Positions 37,961 through 51,300 of a stretch of DNA of 64,000 bases are shown one piece after another. The stretch is from Rhynchobatus australiae (taxonomy: Eukaryota), in the NCBI GenBank assembly GCA_034780895.1, contig JAUZTB010000075.1, positions 15,837,487 through 15,901,486 on the forward strand, written 5' to 3'. Positions within the stretch are counted from its first letter, which is position 1, and the number at the start of each line of letters is the position of its first letter. Both the position numbers and the translations under genes were made by a program. Under the pieces are notes generated by a model. That model searched no databases, was not told the origin of the DNA, and worked only from the letters and a program-made list of their open reading frames with translations.

Positions 37961-39251
37961 CTGCATAGTGATTATTGTGATAGTTTTCACTGCCTTTTCT
38001 GTGATTTTCTCAAAAGAATTGTAAGTCACAACTGACCCTTTCAAGTTGATTGCCCCCAACTGGAGAAGCGTTTTTCCAAAGATCCCACCTTTCAACAGCT
38101 ATGTCCATGTTTTTCCATGTGTAAAAGAATGCAAGCTCAATTTCCTGTTAAGCACTGCCAATAGCCGACGCTATCCAAGAAAACTTGGCCCTAAGAATTT
38201 CACCCACTGCCAAGCTAATAAGACTTGGCTTACAATTTCCTGGCATACCACGTGCCCTCTTTCTAAACAAGGAGTAATTTTAGCCAATGGATAATCTCCG
38301 GGCATAAGTCCATTTCCAGAACATTCTGGTTTGTATTTCCACCCACTCCCCAGAGGATGTAACCACAACTTGCTCTGAACAACAAACTTCATAAGTGAAG
38401 ATTCACTATAAACATTACTAACTTTTACACAGCATTTAGAGAAATGGCCAGATCATCCATTTTTGTGGTTACATTTGTTGATGGTATTTCATTCAGATAT
38501 AATTAAAAATGAGGCCTGATACAGTCCAACACATGTATACATAGCAACTTTGTTTATGACAAACATCCAAGGATATCACAGATCTCAGTAGCATCATCAA
38601 ACAACATATGACATTAATTCACATGAGTACATGAGGTAGGTTTTAAGTGATCTATAGAACTTGGGGTCTTGACAAAAGAACACTGGAAATTAGGAGCAGG
38701 AGTAGGCCATCTGACCCCTGTGTATTGCCCTGAATTTTAATATGAACACAGCTGATCTGCCTGAGACCTCAACTTCTCTCCATTACTGGTTACCTGTGGT
38801 CCTCAATGCCAGATTTTTCACCTACTTCTTCTTTAACTACCTCTAATGCCCCCACAGCCCTCCAAGGCAGAGGATTCCAGAGATTCACCAGCCTCTGTGT
38901 GAGCCAGCTGAAGAATGGTCACCCACAGTGGAGTAATTAAATTCAGGGCTGATCAAGAGGCCAGGAAAGGAAGACTCTGGAGATCTCGGTTTGCTGAGGA
39001 CTCAAGGAAATTATGGGGACAGGTTGGCAGGGACAGATTTGAATCCATGGTGAGAATATAAAAATTAAGATGTTACACAACTGGACACTCATGAAGGTCA
39101 GCAAATAGAGTGATTGCTAAACTGAAAGACAAAGCACCAAGAATGTGATAGNNNNNNNNNNNNNNNNNNNNNNNNNNNNNNNNNNNNNNNNNNNNNNNNN
39201 NNNNNNNNNNNNNNNNNNNNNNNNNNNNNNNNNNNNNNNNNNNNNNNNNNN

Positions 39252-39605
39252 ATTCCGGCTTCTGCCCTCTTCCTTTCCAGTCCTGATGAAGGGTCTCGGC
39301 CCGAAACGTCGACTGTTTATCTCCCTCCATGGATACTGCCCGATCTGCTGAGTTCCAGCACTTTGTGTGAGACACAAGAGACTGCAGATGCTGGAATCTG
39401 GAGCAACAAACAATCTGCTGGAGGAACTCAGCAGGTCAGGCAGCGTCTGCTGGGGGAAAAGAATTGTTGACATTTTGGGTCAAAACCCTACGTCAGGACT
39501 CAAGCACCTGATGCAGGGTTTCAACTCGAAATGTTGACAATCCCTTCCCTCCCCCACCAGATGCTGCTTAACCCACTGAGTTCCTCCAGCAGACTGTTTG
39601 ATGCT
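39252..39605. mobile_element. Penelope-like terminal repeat (plus, 39252-39368) followed by a palindromic derivative (39370-39605)
   Basis: ctgctgagttccagca terminus. The arms 39400-39498 and 39507-39605 are reverse complements of each other. Confidence 0.8.
39278..39315 (+). ncRNA. Minimal type I hammerhead ribozyme motif in a Penelope-like element terminal repeat
   Basis: CAGTC-CTGATGA-A-GGGT(CTCG)GCCC-GAAAC-GTC-GACTG: perfect 5-bp stem I, intact core, stem II, and a palindromic ACGT stem III with a GUC cleavage triplet. Confidence 0.75.
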
Positions 39606-40039
39606 ACATTAAAACAAGGCTCCACTACATTCCATTTGATTTCTGGGATGAGGGGTTATCCCATGAGGAAAGATTAAGCAGAATGGACAACGCTCCTTTT
39701 CATAGAATAAGACCATCTCATTGAGACATATGACTCAGAGGAGGTTGAAGCTCAACAGGGAAGATGTTGAGAGAATACTTTGCAGAGTTTTGTATTGGAG
39801 GGCAAAGTCTCAGGATAATAGAACAACAGCACGGATAACCTGATAAACAGAAATCTGATAAATAATCCACCCACTGTTTCAATAGTTTCATTTATTTTAA
39901 ACAGTGCCACATCTGCAATGTAAAAGGCGGGGATGTCAAGCAATGATTGAATCCTAAAGGCAGCAGAAGGGGACATTCCCACTCCATACCAGTTCTAAGG
40001 AGGGAGATTGTGCCTGCTTCTCTGCCCTGAATTGATGGA

Positions 40040-40266
40040 CTTTAAGATAGACACTTGACCTCACAATCTACCTGGTTATGACCTTGCACATTATTGCCTA
40101 CCTGCACTGCACTTTCTCTGTAGCTGTTACACTTTATTCTGCATTCTGTTATTGTTTTACCTTGTATTACCTCGATACACTGTGTAATGAATTGATCTGT
40201 ATGAACGGTATGCAAAGTTTTTCATTGTACCTTGGTACAAGTGACAATAATTAACCAATTCCAATT
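40040..40266 (+). mobile_element. Rex1/Babar 3'UTR and tail
   Basis: gacctcacaatctacc...gtgacaataattaaccaattccaatt. Confidence 0.85.
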
Positions 40267-42329
40267 GTGCAGCAGCATCTTCCAACAAACACACTCCTCC
40301 ACCTCCAATCTTGTTGGAATTGCAAATAGCAATCAGAGTGTCAAAATAGAGGTACATGTGTGCTCTTTGCCCATGCTTGTTTGAAACTGAACACAACTGC
40401 CACTTATTCTCCACATTCTTATGGAGATTAACGATGGCCAGATCAGTTGACCAGCTGGTTCCAATCAGAAGGTCGACAGACTGCCAATTACCAAGAGGGC
40501 CACCTTCAGATGGTTAGCAAAACCAGGGACCTCAGTGCCAAGGACTGGAATCCCCCAGCTTTGGCTTGGGTCCAAACATTGCACCATCCAAGCTGTCGAG
40601 ATTTTCTGGGACAGGCAGTGGGGACCTCCAGCTGAGTAAGATCCCAGCCATTCTTGGATTCTCCGGCTCTGTCTGGGTAGAAAGCTGAATTCTATGAACT
40701 TTGCCCACATAATTATTTGCTCAAGATACCAGTCAAGGCAGAGGTATTTCAGGCAAACGTATGAAGACAAAAGCTGAGCCTAATTTTCTTTTATATAAAC
40801 TCTTCAGATTCCTGCATCCTCCAAGAAAATTGACCTGGAAACCCCAATGAAGCTTCCCACCTTTTTTGGTGTGGGGGTGGGGCACGGATATTAAACCTTG
40901 CTCCAACCCCTCGGGATCACACCCGAGAAATGTCACCAGGGGTTTTTGTGTCAATCATCTGTGGGTCGAAGGAGGTTACCTTATTGGCGCATGCATGCAA
41001 GAGGATCGCATGACCTCCACTGCAACAAGCAACGCATTCAAGCCAGAGTTCGGCAGGATCGCTGGCGTGTCCTGAGCGCTACATGGTCTGCGTAGGGCTG
41101 ATTTTCAGCGAGGAAACCCAACCCATTGAATTTACACCAGAGAAGCAGGCCATTCAGCCCAACTGACATATGCCAGTGCTCCTGTTCCAGATGAATGTCC
41201 TTGCTTCTCTTCAACTCACCCAGTGAACATCACCCACTGTTCCTTCAGTGCTTGTCTAGACTTTCTTTAAATGCCCCTCAACCGTTTCCCTGAACCATTG
41301 TTCAGTTGGTGAGGTGTAGGGGACAACCCAGGTGGTATTAAAATGTGAAATTATAGAAAGCAAAGATATAAACATTACTTTATATAAAACCATGAACTGA
41401 CTGAATGATTGTCATTCAATCTCTATGTCTCTCGAGGCTGATGCTGTGACATCTTACTGGATGTTTGGAAATTCCCCTGAATTTCCTGTTCAAGAAGCCA
41501 GAACTCTATAGAAATAAGAAAACATCATGCGGTGTTTAGATCATTCCTGATACAGTATGTGCTCTTGGCAAATATTTTGAATGCTGAAAAGGAATTCTCT
41601 TCTCCATTTATTTGCACCACAGATTGCCAACTGAAATGTGATCACTGAACATTTGAAGTACAGAGAAATTTGGAAAGCAAGTGATAATTCTTTCATGACT
41701 ACATTACCCTCCCCCATTTGATGATATCTAATTAAAGTGTCTTATCTGAATAGAATGGAAATAATTCTTGACTGTTTTTCCCTTAAATTCACATCTCAAA
41801 ACTGAAAATATCACACATTGCACCTCATAACTCTGGGTACAACATCTCAAGTTGCACTCTGTTCTTGTCACACAACAGCATAAAAACTGGAAAATAGCAT
41901 CTCTTGTTCCAAAGCTCACATGGATGCAAATAGAAGGAGATTCAAGTTCCATGGGACACTGTATATTGACTGCTGGACGGTGCCTATGTGAGGCAGGAGC
42001 AACATTTAAAGTTCTTTCTTGTAAAGGTTACAGAGGTAGTGTTGGTAATAGTGGTCAAGTGAATCACACTTACACTCCTCAGAAAGAAATGACAGGCCTT
42101 GGAGGGAGTGCAGTGCTGATTGACCAGAATAATAATGGGAATGAAAGGATTAAATCAGGAGGACAAGTTGCCTAGACTGGGCTAGTAATCCCTTGAGTAT
42201 AGAAACCTGAAACACATGCTGGAAATCTGAAATAAAAACAGAAAGTGTTGAAAATACTCAACTGTTAAGGCATCTTTGGAGAGAAAAACCACATTTAGGT
42301 GCTAGGTCAATGATCTTTCACCAGAGATG

Positions 42330-42960
42330 GGAAAAGAGAGTCAATGGGTGGATGCCGGGAAGCTCTTTCCCTGGACTGGAGAGGCTAATACTCAGAAGCA
42401 TATTCTCAAGATCAGGGGTCTGCCATTTTAGCACAGAGATGAAGAGAATTTTCTTTATTCAGATGTTTGTGAATCTGAAATTCTCAGCCATAGACATCAT
42501 GGATATCCAGTTGTAAAATACACTGAAGGCTGAAGTTGACAGATTTTGGGGTTCTGTGGAAATCAGAAGATGTGGGAAACAGGTATGGACATGGTCTTAT
42601 TGAAAAGATATTTTGACAGGTTTAAGAGACATTTGAACAGGTACAAGGATAGGATAGGTTTAGAGGGATATGGGTCAAATGTGGGCAAATGTGACTTAGG
42701 TATATAACATGTTTTTCTTGTGTATGCTGTTTTTCTGATGCTATGTGCCTGTGATGCTGCTGCAGGTAAGTTTTGCTTTGCACGTACATGTAATTGTACA
42801 AATGACAATAACCTTGACTTTGACTAGCTTAGATGGGCATCTTAGTCAGCACTGTCAAGTTGGGCCAAGGGCCTGTGTCCATGCTCTATGACTCTGTGTC
42901 CAATGGCAGGACAAGCTTTTGCAGCCATTGGGCCTACTTTTCCTTTATTTAAGTGTTTGT
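42330..42960 (+). mobile_element. CR1 3' fragments with a nested short LINE tail (42697-42820)
   Basis: The CR1 3'UTR tttaagagacatttg..gggatatgggtcaaat is interrupted, and the insert is flanked by TGACT on both sides. Confidence 0.7.
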
Positions 42961-43729
42961 GTGAACTATAGAAACTGCAAGTAAATGGCATTTGACCTCA
43001 TAGCTGTGATAATGGACCAAGGGTTGACATGTGGGTTTAGAACTGTTCCTGAACTAAACTCTTTGACGCTGTAAGCAATGTAGATTTGCTGAGACCTATC
43101 TAATTGCCATAAGGACTGGTTTTCATTGCTGGTGACAAGACAATGAGAGAGTTTAAATAGCATCAGGCACTAATTAGAGCCAGTCTGTATCTTAAAACAA
43201 TTCACTTGGAACAGTATCCCAGATGAGGTAGAGGTCTTTGTATTAGCATGCAGAGCAAATTAAACCCTTCAGTGTACAAATCCAGGGAATCAAACTCAGG
43301 TGAGAAACAAGCCTTTAATAGCTCTGTAATCAAAATTATGATGAAAATGGATCATTGACACTGCTGTGGAAGCACTCCATTCCAAGAAACTACCTGTGCA
43401 GAATTCAGTAGTGTAAAGCACTCGGTATTACTTAAAGATGTTCGATGGTGTGACATCATCGGCCAAGGTCGTTCACAATGCATGAAGTAACTTTTATCAA
43501 CTGAATCTATTCATTGTTTGACAGATTGTACACCACTTCTCTTTATGTGAAGAGTAATGCTGGAGTCGTCGTAATGGTTTATCTCATTGTAAGACTGTTT
43601 AGTTCATGGTCATTGAAGAGTGATGTGCTCAATCTTATTCCAAGGCTTCTAATGAAGACTGCAACACCATCAATGAAGCTCATTCATAATATACATAGTA
43701 ACTTACTTCAACTAAATTTACTTAGACAA

Positions 43730-44225
43730 TAAATAATAGAAGCAAAACTAGTCCATTTGTCCAATCATGTCTGCTTGGATATTCAATCATAGCTGATTTT
43801 TTTTTAACCCCATTCTCCTGCTTTCTCCCTGTAACCCCTCACCCTTTACCAATCATGAACCTATCAAGCTCTGCCTTAAATACACCCAATGACTTGGCCA
43901 CCACAGCTGTCTGTGGCAATGAATTCCACAGATTCACCACCCTCTGGCTGAAGAAATTCCTCCTCAAGGAAGGTTTAAAGGGACGTCCCTTTATTCTGAG
44001 GCTGTGCCCTCAGATCCTAGACTGGAAGCATCCTCTCCACATCCACTCTATCCAGGCCTTTCAGTATCTGGTAGGTTTTAATGAGACACCCCCGTCATCC
44101 TTTTGAACTCCATCAAGAACAGGCTCAGAGACATCAAATACCCCTCATATGTTAAGCCTTTCATTTCTGGGATCATTCTTGTGACCCGACTCTGGACCCT
44201 CTCCAAGGCCAACATATCTTTCCCT
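43730..44225 (-). mobile_element. CR1 ORF2 3' fragment
   Basis: KDMLALERVQSRVTRMIPEMKGLTYE. Confidence 0.9.
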
Positions 44226-44439
44226 ATTTGTTTTCTGACTGATTGCAAACTACTTCTATTTATGTGAAGAGCAGTATTGCAGAGGTTGTAATGACTTACT
44301 TTGGTGAGTAAGTGTACATCAAGTTTATCCAAAGTTAATAGTCAAAGTTAGTAACTTTTACAATTAAACCTTGAAGGCTGGGTTTTAGCTGAATTGTAAT
44401 AGTGACCTTTTCAACTCAAGTTAATTAAATTCAGCTGAC

Positions 44440-45182
44440 TAGATGGGAGTGGGTAAAAAAAGGGAGGCAGAGAAACCACAGTGTGGATTTCCACAGCAAT
44501 TCTTGGAGAGCATCAGACTCTGGTGAGTGAAGGGGCTTTGATGAGGAGGGTGTGGACTTTGGTAAGACAGTGTCACAGGTACCGGTAAGATAGACAGTGG
44601 ATATTTTCACTGTTGTTCATATGAGGAGTGTGAACAGAGTGGATTACAATTTAAGGGGCCCTTTCGGAATTAAAATTATAATGGGTGAGCTCAGAGCAGT
44701 GTGCTGCATAGCTTGCAGCATGCATGAATTCCAACATGCTCCTTAGAGTCTGGATAATTACATCTGTGGGAGGTGCCTCCGGTCTGGCTGGATTGAGTGC
44801 CGGGTTTTGGCAGCGTGGTGGATCTGCAAAGCTGTGGGTAACATGTTCTTCAGAGGTGGTCACACCAGAGCTTAAGGTAAGGCAGTCAAAGATGGAATGG
44901 GTGACGACCAGGCAGAGGAAGGATTGAGGGGTGACCTTACAGAGGTATATAAAATCATGGCTGCCACAGAAACCAAGTGCATCTCACTCCAAAATCATTT
45001 CTCTGTGTTAGAAAGTGGTGGGTGTGAATGTATGTCTGAGGAGTCCACCTAGAGCCATGATCATGGGACTGTGGGTGTCTTAGCTACACAGGAGGGGAGG
45101 ACCAACAGTTGATGGGTAATAGTGGTAGGAGACTTGAAAGTGAAGGGAACAGACAGACAAATCTGTGGCCATAGATATGAGT
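44440..45182 (+). mobile_element. CR1 5' region: ORF1 with N-terminal CxxC and start of the SGNH esterase domain, decayed
   Basis: MGELRAVCCIACSMHE, SEVVTP..EWVTTRQ, ISLQNHFSVL and IVVGDLKVKGTDRQICG (GDS-like block). Confidence 0.75.
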
Positions 45183-45262
45183 NNNNNNNNNNNNNNNNNN
45201 NNNNNNNNNNNNNNNNNNNNNNNNNNNNNNNNNNNNNNNNNNNNNNNNNNNNNNNNNNNNNN

Positions 45263-45314
<52 letters not shown>

Positions 45315-45845
45315 CACATTGAAAGACTGACAGACAAACAGTCGGAGAAGGAGGAGAGATAGAGGCAGACAGAGAGTGACAGTGGATACTGAGAGACAGA
45401 GTGAGGTAGAGAGAGAAGAGACAGGAGCCAGGTTAAGAGAGGTGGAGATAGAGACAAGCGGCACACAGACAGAGTGGGAAGTGAATGGTACATAGATAAA
45501 AAGGAGAGAGGAACAGAAAAAGGGGAGAGATAGACAGAAGACAGAGAGAGAGAGAGAGAGTATAGACTGACAGAAGGGGAAATAAATATGGGCAGAGAGA
45601 CAGACAGAGGGGTGAGGGGAGGCAGATGTCCATTCAGAAAGAGAAGGAGAGAGGCAGAGGGATAGAATGGCAGACACAGAGTGGAATGAGAGACAGACTG
45701 ACCACAGAGAGTACAGTGAGAAATAGAAATAATAGAGAGAGAGAGTAACAGAGTGTGAGAGTCAGAGGCAGAGGGAAAAGGGAGGGAGAAAGAGACTAGG
45801 CAGGCAGAGTGGATACTGACAGACACGCAGATGGGGGAGGGGGGT

Positions 45846-45884
<39 letters not shown>

Positions 45885-45950
45885 GTTATGGAGTCATTGG
45901 CAGTGAGAGAGGGAGATTAAAGCAAGTGACAGACAAATGAGAAAGACAGA
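45263..45950 (+). repeat. (AG)n microsatellite and GA-rich low-complexity tract
   Basis: Direct read. Confidence 0.9.
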
Positions 45951-47760
45951 AATACAGTGCAAGGTGTTTTATTTTGGTAAGTTAAACCAGGGCAGACTTG
46001 CACAGTAAATGGCAGGGCCCTGGAGAGACTTATGGGTACATAGTTTCCTGAAAGTGATGACAGAGNNNNNNNNNNNGGTAGAGAGGGAGGTGAAGAAGGT
46101 ATTTGACATGCTTGCCTTCATTGGTCAGGGCATTGATACAGGATGTGGGACATCATATTGCAACTGCACAAGTCATTGCTGAGACCACACTTGGAGGATC
46201 ATGCAGAGTTCTAGTCACCAAAGTTTAGGAAGGATATCATTAAACTGGAAAGGATACAGAAAAAAATCATGAGGTTGTTACCAGGACTGGAGGGCTTGAG
46301 GTATAGGAAGAGGCTGGATACACTGCAACTTTTTTCTCCTGGAGCATCGGAGGCTAAGGGGTGACCTTATAGAAGATTATAAAATCATGCCCTAAATCAT
46401 GAAATCACCCTGAAATTCTGGAAGATGGGAGGGTGGCTGTTATGTAACATAACATTGTTAAATAACATTGTACTGTTATTTAATAAGGGCAGCAAAGGCA
46501 AGCCAGGGAACCACAGGCCGGTGAGCCTGACATCAGTGGTGGGTAAGTTACTGGAGGGGATTCTGAGGGACAGGATCAACCAGCTTTGGGATAAAGGTCT
46601 GATTAGCAATAGTAGCACAGATTTACGCATAGAAAATTATGTCTCCCAAATCTGTTAGAGTTTTTTGAAGAGGACTGATGAGAACAGAGCAATGGACATT
46701 GTTTATATGGAGTTTAGCAAGGCCTTTGCATAACAGGCTAGTCTGGATGTTTGGATTACATGGGATCCCGGAAGAGCCAGCTAATTGGTAATGTAATTGG
46801 CTTGATAGAAGAAACAGATGATGATGGTGAAAAGCAGTTTTTCAGACAGGAGGCCTGTGACCAGTGGTGTGCCACAGAGATCAGTGTTGAGCACATTGTT
46901 ATTTGTTATTTATATAAACAGTTTTGATGAGAATGTATCAGGCACGGTTAGTAAATTTGCAGATGACACTAAAATAGGTGGTATAGTGGACAGTGAAGAA
47001 GGTTATCAAAAATTACAGGGGGATCTTGATCAGCTAGGTAAGTGGGCCGAGGAATGACAAATGGTGCTCAGTTCAGATAAATGCAAAGTCTTACATTTTG
47101 GGATGTCAAATCAGAGTAGGACTTTTACAGTAGGGCCCCAGGGAGTGTTGTAGAGAAGAGGGGCCTAGGAGTACAAGTACATAGTTCCCTGAAAGTGGCA
47201 TAATAGGTAGATAGGGTGGTGAAGAAAATGTTTGGCATGCTGACTCTGAGTATAGGAGTGAGTCTTTATATTGCAGCTGTACAATATATTGGTGAGGCTG
47301 TACTTGGAGTATTGTGTACAGTTTTGGTTACCCTGTTATAAAAAAGATGTCATTAAGATGGACTTTATTTTTTGGAGAGCAGGAGACTGAGGGGTGACCT
47401 TACGGAGGTGTATAAAATGATGAAGGGCATAGATAGGGTGAACACATACCGTCTTTTTCCCAGAGAAGGAGAATCAAAAACTAGAGGGCATAGATTTAAG
47501 GGGAAAGGTTTAAAAGAGACTGGAGGGAGTCTTTTCACACAGAGGGTGGTGAGTACATGAAACAAACTGCCAGAGGAAGCTGTAGAGGCGGAACAATTAC
47601 GTTTAAAAGACACTTGGACAGGTATGTGGATAGGGTTCAGGGGTGTATGGGCCAAATTCAGGCAAATGGGACTAACTCGGACAGACACCTTGGTCAGCAT
47701 GGACGGGTTGGACCAAAAGGCCTGCCTTCCCTGCTGTATTCCTCTCTGACTCTCTGAAAG
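45950..47760 (+). mobile_element. Two CR1 ORF2 fragments (about 45950-46390 and 46470-47760)
   Basis: KGSKGKPGNHRPVSLTSVVGKLLE, VTSGVPQRSVL, KFADDTKIGG, RRLRGDLTEVYKMM and the 3' tail. Confidence 0.95.
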
Positions 47761-47951
47761 CCAGCAAGNNNNNNNNNNNNNNNNNNNNNNNNNNNNNNNN
47801 NNNNNNNNNNNNNNNNNNNNNNNNNNNNNNNNNNNNNNNNNNNNNNNNNNNNNNNNNNNNNNNNNNNNNNNNNNNNNNNNNNNNNNNNNNNNNNNNNNNN
47901 NNNNNNNNNNNNNNNNNNNNNNNNNNNNNNNNNNNNNNNNNNNNNNNNNNN

Positions 47952-48299
47952 CGCAGACTGGAGAGTGTGGGTGTGAGACAGAGAGATTGGATACTGAAAC
48001 ACAGATATAGAAACACAGAACAGTGAGACCGACAACTAAACAAAGAGGAGAGAGACAGACAAACTGAGGGACAGAGAGAGGAATGTGGCAGATAGACAGA
48101 GAGGGGCGTGTGTGTGAGAGAGAGAGAGAGACAGAGTGAGAGAAGGAGAGAGAAAGAACTATAGACAAGAGGGAAGACTCCCAGAGAGAGAGAGAGGATA
48201 GAAGGAGAGAGGGAGACCCAGAGGGGTGGGAGAGTGGGAGAAAGAGAGCTGGACAGAGTGGGGAGAGAGACAGACAGAGAGTGGGTAGTATGAGAAGGC

Positions 48300-48341
<42 letters not shown>

Positions 48342-51300
48342 GAGACAGTTACAGACAGAAAGTGTGACGAGGATAGACAGATGGAAAGGGAACGGTGGAG
48401 AGACAGGCAGGGACAGATGGATAGAGGGGGAGAAATAAAGGAGAGAAATAGAGAGAGAGGAGTTGAGGAGAGTGGGAAAGGCAGACAAAGAGGAGAGAGT
48501 GACAGGTGGAGGGAGAAGGCAGACTGAGAGGCAGAGAGACAGATAGAGAGTGAGAGTGAGTGAGACAGAGAGAGAGAGAGCAGTACAGACAAATAAGCAG
48601 ACGGAATGTATATTGAGAGAGGCAAACAAGCTGAAATGGAAGAGGGAACGAGAGAGACAGGCAGAGAGGGAGAAGTAAAATGCAGACAGACTGAATGTGT
48701 GCGAGATAGCAATCCAGACAGAGGCAGTCAGAGAGGAAAGGAAGAGATAGACAGACAGAGGTGAGGGAGAGATTCATGCAGACAGAGGGACAGAGGATAG
48801 AATCAGGCAGACAGTTTGTAGGGAGACAAACAGAGGGATAGAAGGGGAGAGAGGCAGCCAGAGAGACAAGGGGTGAGAGGGCCAGACTGACAGGGGAATG
48901 AGAGGCAGGCAGACAGACAGTGGAGAGGCAAACAAAGGAGAGAGACACACCAACAGACAGGCACCCAGACATATGGAAATGGAGGGGAGTGAGGCAGACA
49001 GGAGAGGGGAGAGTGAGAGGAAGCCAAGTGCAATGAGAGAAGTCAGGCAGAGAGGGAAAAGAGGGAATGAAACAGACATGAAAGAGAGAAAAAGATAGAG
49101 AAGGGAGAGTTGGAAGCAGACACATGGAGGGTGGAGAGATAGACAGTCAGACAGAGGGACAGGGGAGAGACAGTCAGAATGACAGGGCAAGAGAGTGGCA
49201 GACCAATAGAGGGAAGGGACAGTCAGGCAGACAGAGACTGAGGGTGTGAGAGAGAGGTAGAACTCCAACAAACAGGCAGATGGGGAGTGAAGGGAGAGAG
49301 AGTCAGATAGACAGAGGCTGGAGAGTCAGACAGACAGAAAATGAAGTGAGGGGCAGGCAGCCTGAGTGGTGAGAGACTGATAGATGGAAAGGGAGGCAAG
49401 AGAGAGAATGAGGCAGAGTGATAGAGAAGCAGAGTTGGGGGGGGTGAAAAAGAGTGAACGAGAGAGTTAAATGCGAGAGGCAGACAGAGACATTCAGAGA
49501 TGAGAGCAAGTGGCAGACAGACAGAAATTGGAGACCCAGAGAAACAGATGGACAGAAAATGTGAGAGGGGACAGAAAGTCAGACAGATAGGGAGGGAGAG
49601 AAGGAGGAGGAGCAAGATGGACAGGCAGTGAGGGAGGGATGAAAGGCAGAGTCAGTGAGCTCGAAATAGTGTAATGCAGACAGACAAGCAGATAGAGAGA
49701 GAAAGGAAAGAGAGGCACAGAGGTGAGGGAGAGAGTGAGACAGAGGTGAAGAGTCAGGATGGAGGAGGATAGAGAGTCAGACTGACAGAGGGCAGTGATA
49801 CAAATGGAGAGACTGGGAGAGGGACAGAAAGAGAGATGGAAGAGGAGAGAGGGTGGTGAGGGACTGGTAGGGAGGGGAGTGAGGGTAGCAGAAAGAGAGG
49901 GAAGAGCTAGACTGAGAGGAGAGACAAAGAAACAGACAGAATATGTGAGGGAGAAGCAGGCAAACATAGATGGATGGGGGGGTGGAGAGAGACAGGATGT
50001 GGCAGACAGATAAACAGACAAACGGACAGAGCAGGAGAAAGAGAGAGAGAAGCAGAGAGGGACGCTGACAGTCGGGAGAGAGAGGCAGGCAGAGTCAGAG
50101 TGGATACAGAAACAGAGCATGAAGGGAGGGTGAGATAGACAGACAGGAGACAGACACACAGAGGAGATAGACAGTGAAGTAGACAACAAGGGAGACAAAG
50201 AGAGAAGAGAGAGCAAGATGGATAGACAGGCAGAGAGGGTGGAGTGAAAGATAGACAGAACAAATNNNNNNNNNNNNNNNNNNNNNNNNNNNNNNNNNNN
50301 NNNNNNNNNNNNNNNNNNNNNNNNNNNNNNNNNNNNNNNNNNNNNNNNNNNNNNNNNNNNNNNNNNNNNNNNNNNNNNNNNNNNNNNNNNNNNNNNNNNN
50401 NNNNNNNNNNNNNNNNNNNNNNNNNNNNNNNNNNNNNNNNNNNNNNNNNNNNNNNNNNNNNNNNNNNNNNNNNNNNNNNNNNNNNNNNNNNNNNNNNNNN
50501 NNNNNNNNNNNNNNNNNNNNNNNNNNNNNNNNNNNNNNNNNNNNNNNNNNNNNNNNNNNNNNNNNAAAGGGGGAGACAGGCAGAAAGATGGACACAAAGG
50601 GAGGGGAAAAAGAGACAGACTGAGGCAGGCAGATACCCATGCAAAGAGACAGAAGGGGAGAAAGAGAGAGAGATAGACACAGGAAGATGGTCAGGCAGAT
50701 GGTGATAGACAGACAGGTGGACAAGGAGGCTGAGAGAAAAAGAGAGAGAGAGAGGTGGAGGGGAGTGTGAGAGGCCAATGGAGAGCAGAGAGTGAGAGGC
50801 AGACAGACAGAGCAAGAGGGAGAGAGAAGGAGAAAGAAAGATAGGACAACAGAGTGTAAACTGAGAGACTGACAGAGAGACAGAAGTGGAAGAGGGAGTG
50901 AGCTGGTCAGTCAGACAGAGAGAGAGGGAGGAGTGAAATGCAGACAGGTTGAGTGAATGAGAGAGATAGATTGGCAGACTGAGGGGGAATGGGGTGAGAC
51001 AGACAGAGATGAAGGAAAGAGTCAGACAGATGGAGGGTAGAGAGGCAAGCTGAGGGGAGATAAACTTGGGGGAAAGACAGGCAGACAGACACAAACAAGG
51101 AAACAGATGCAGGAGAAAGAGAGAGAAATGTAAGGGACAGGCAGATAGACTGAGAGGGAAGAGAAGGAGGCATACAAACAGAGGTTAGACGTAGACAAAC
51201 AGGGGAGGGAGAAAGTCAGACATGGAGGAGAAGGAGATAGTCAGATAGCAGAGATTGGAGAGTCAGACAGAGGGTAGAAAGTCAGACATAGTGCAGAGAT

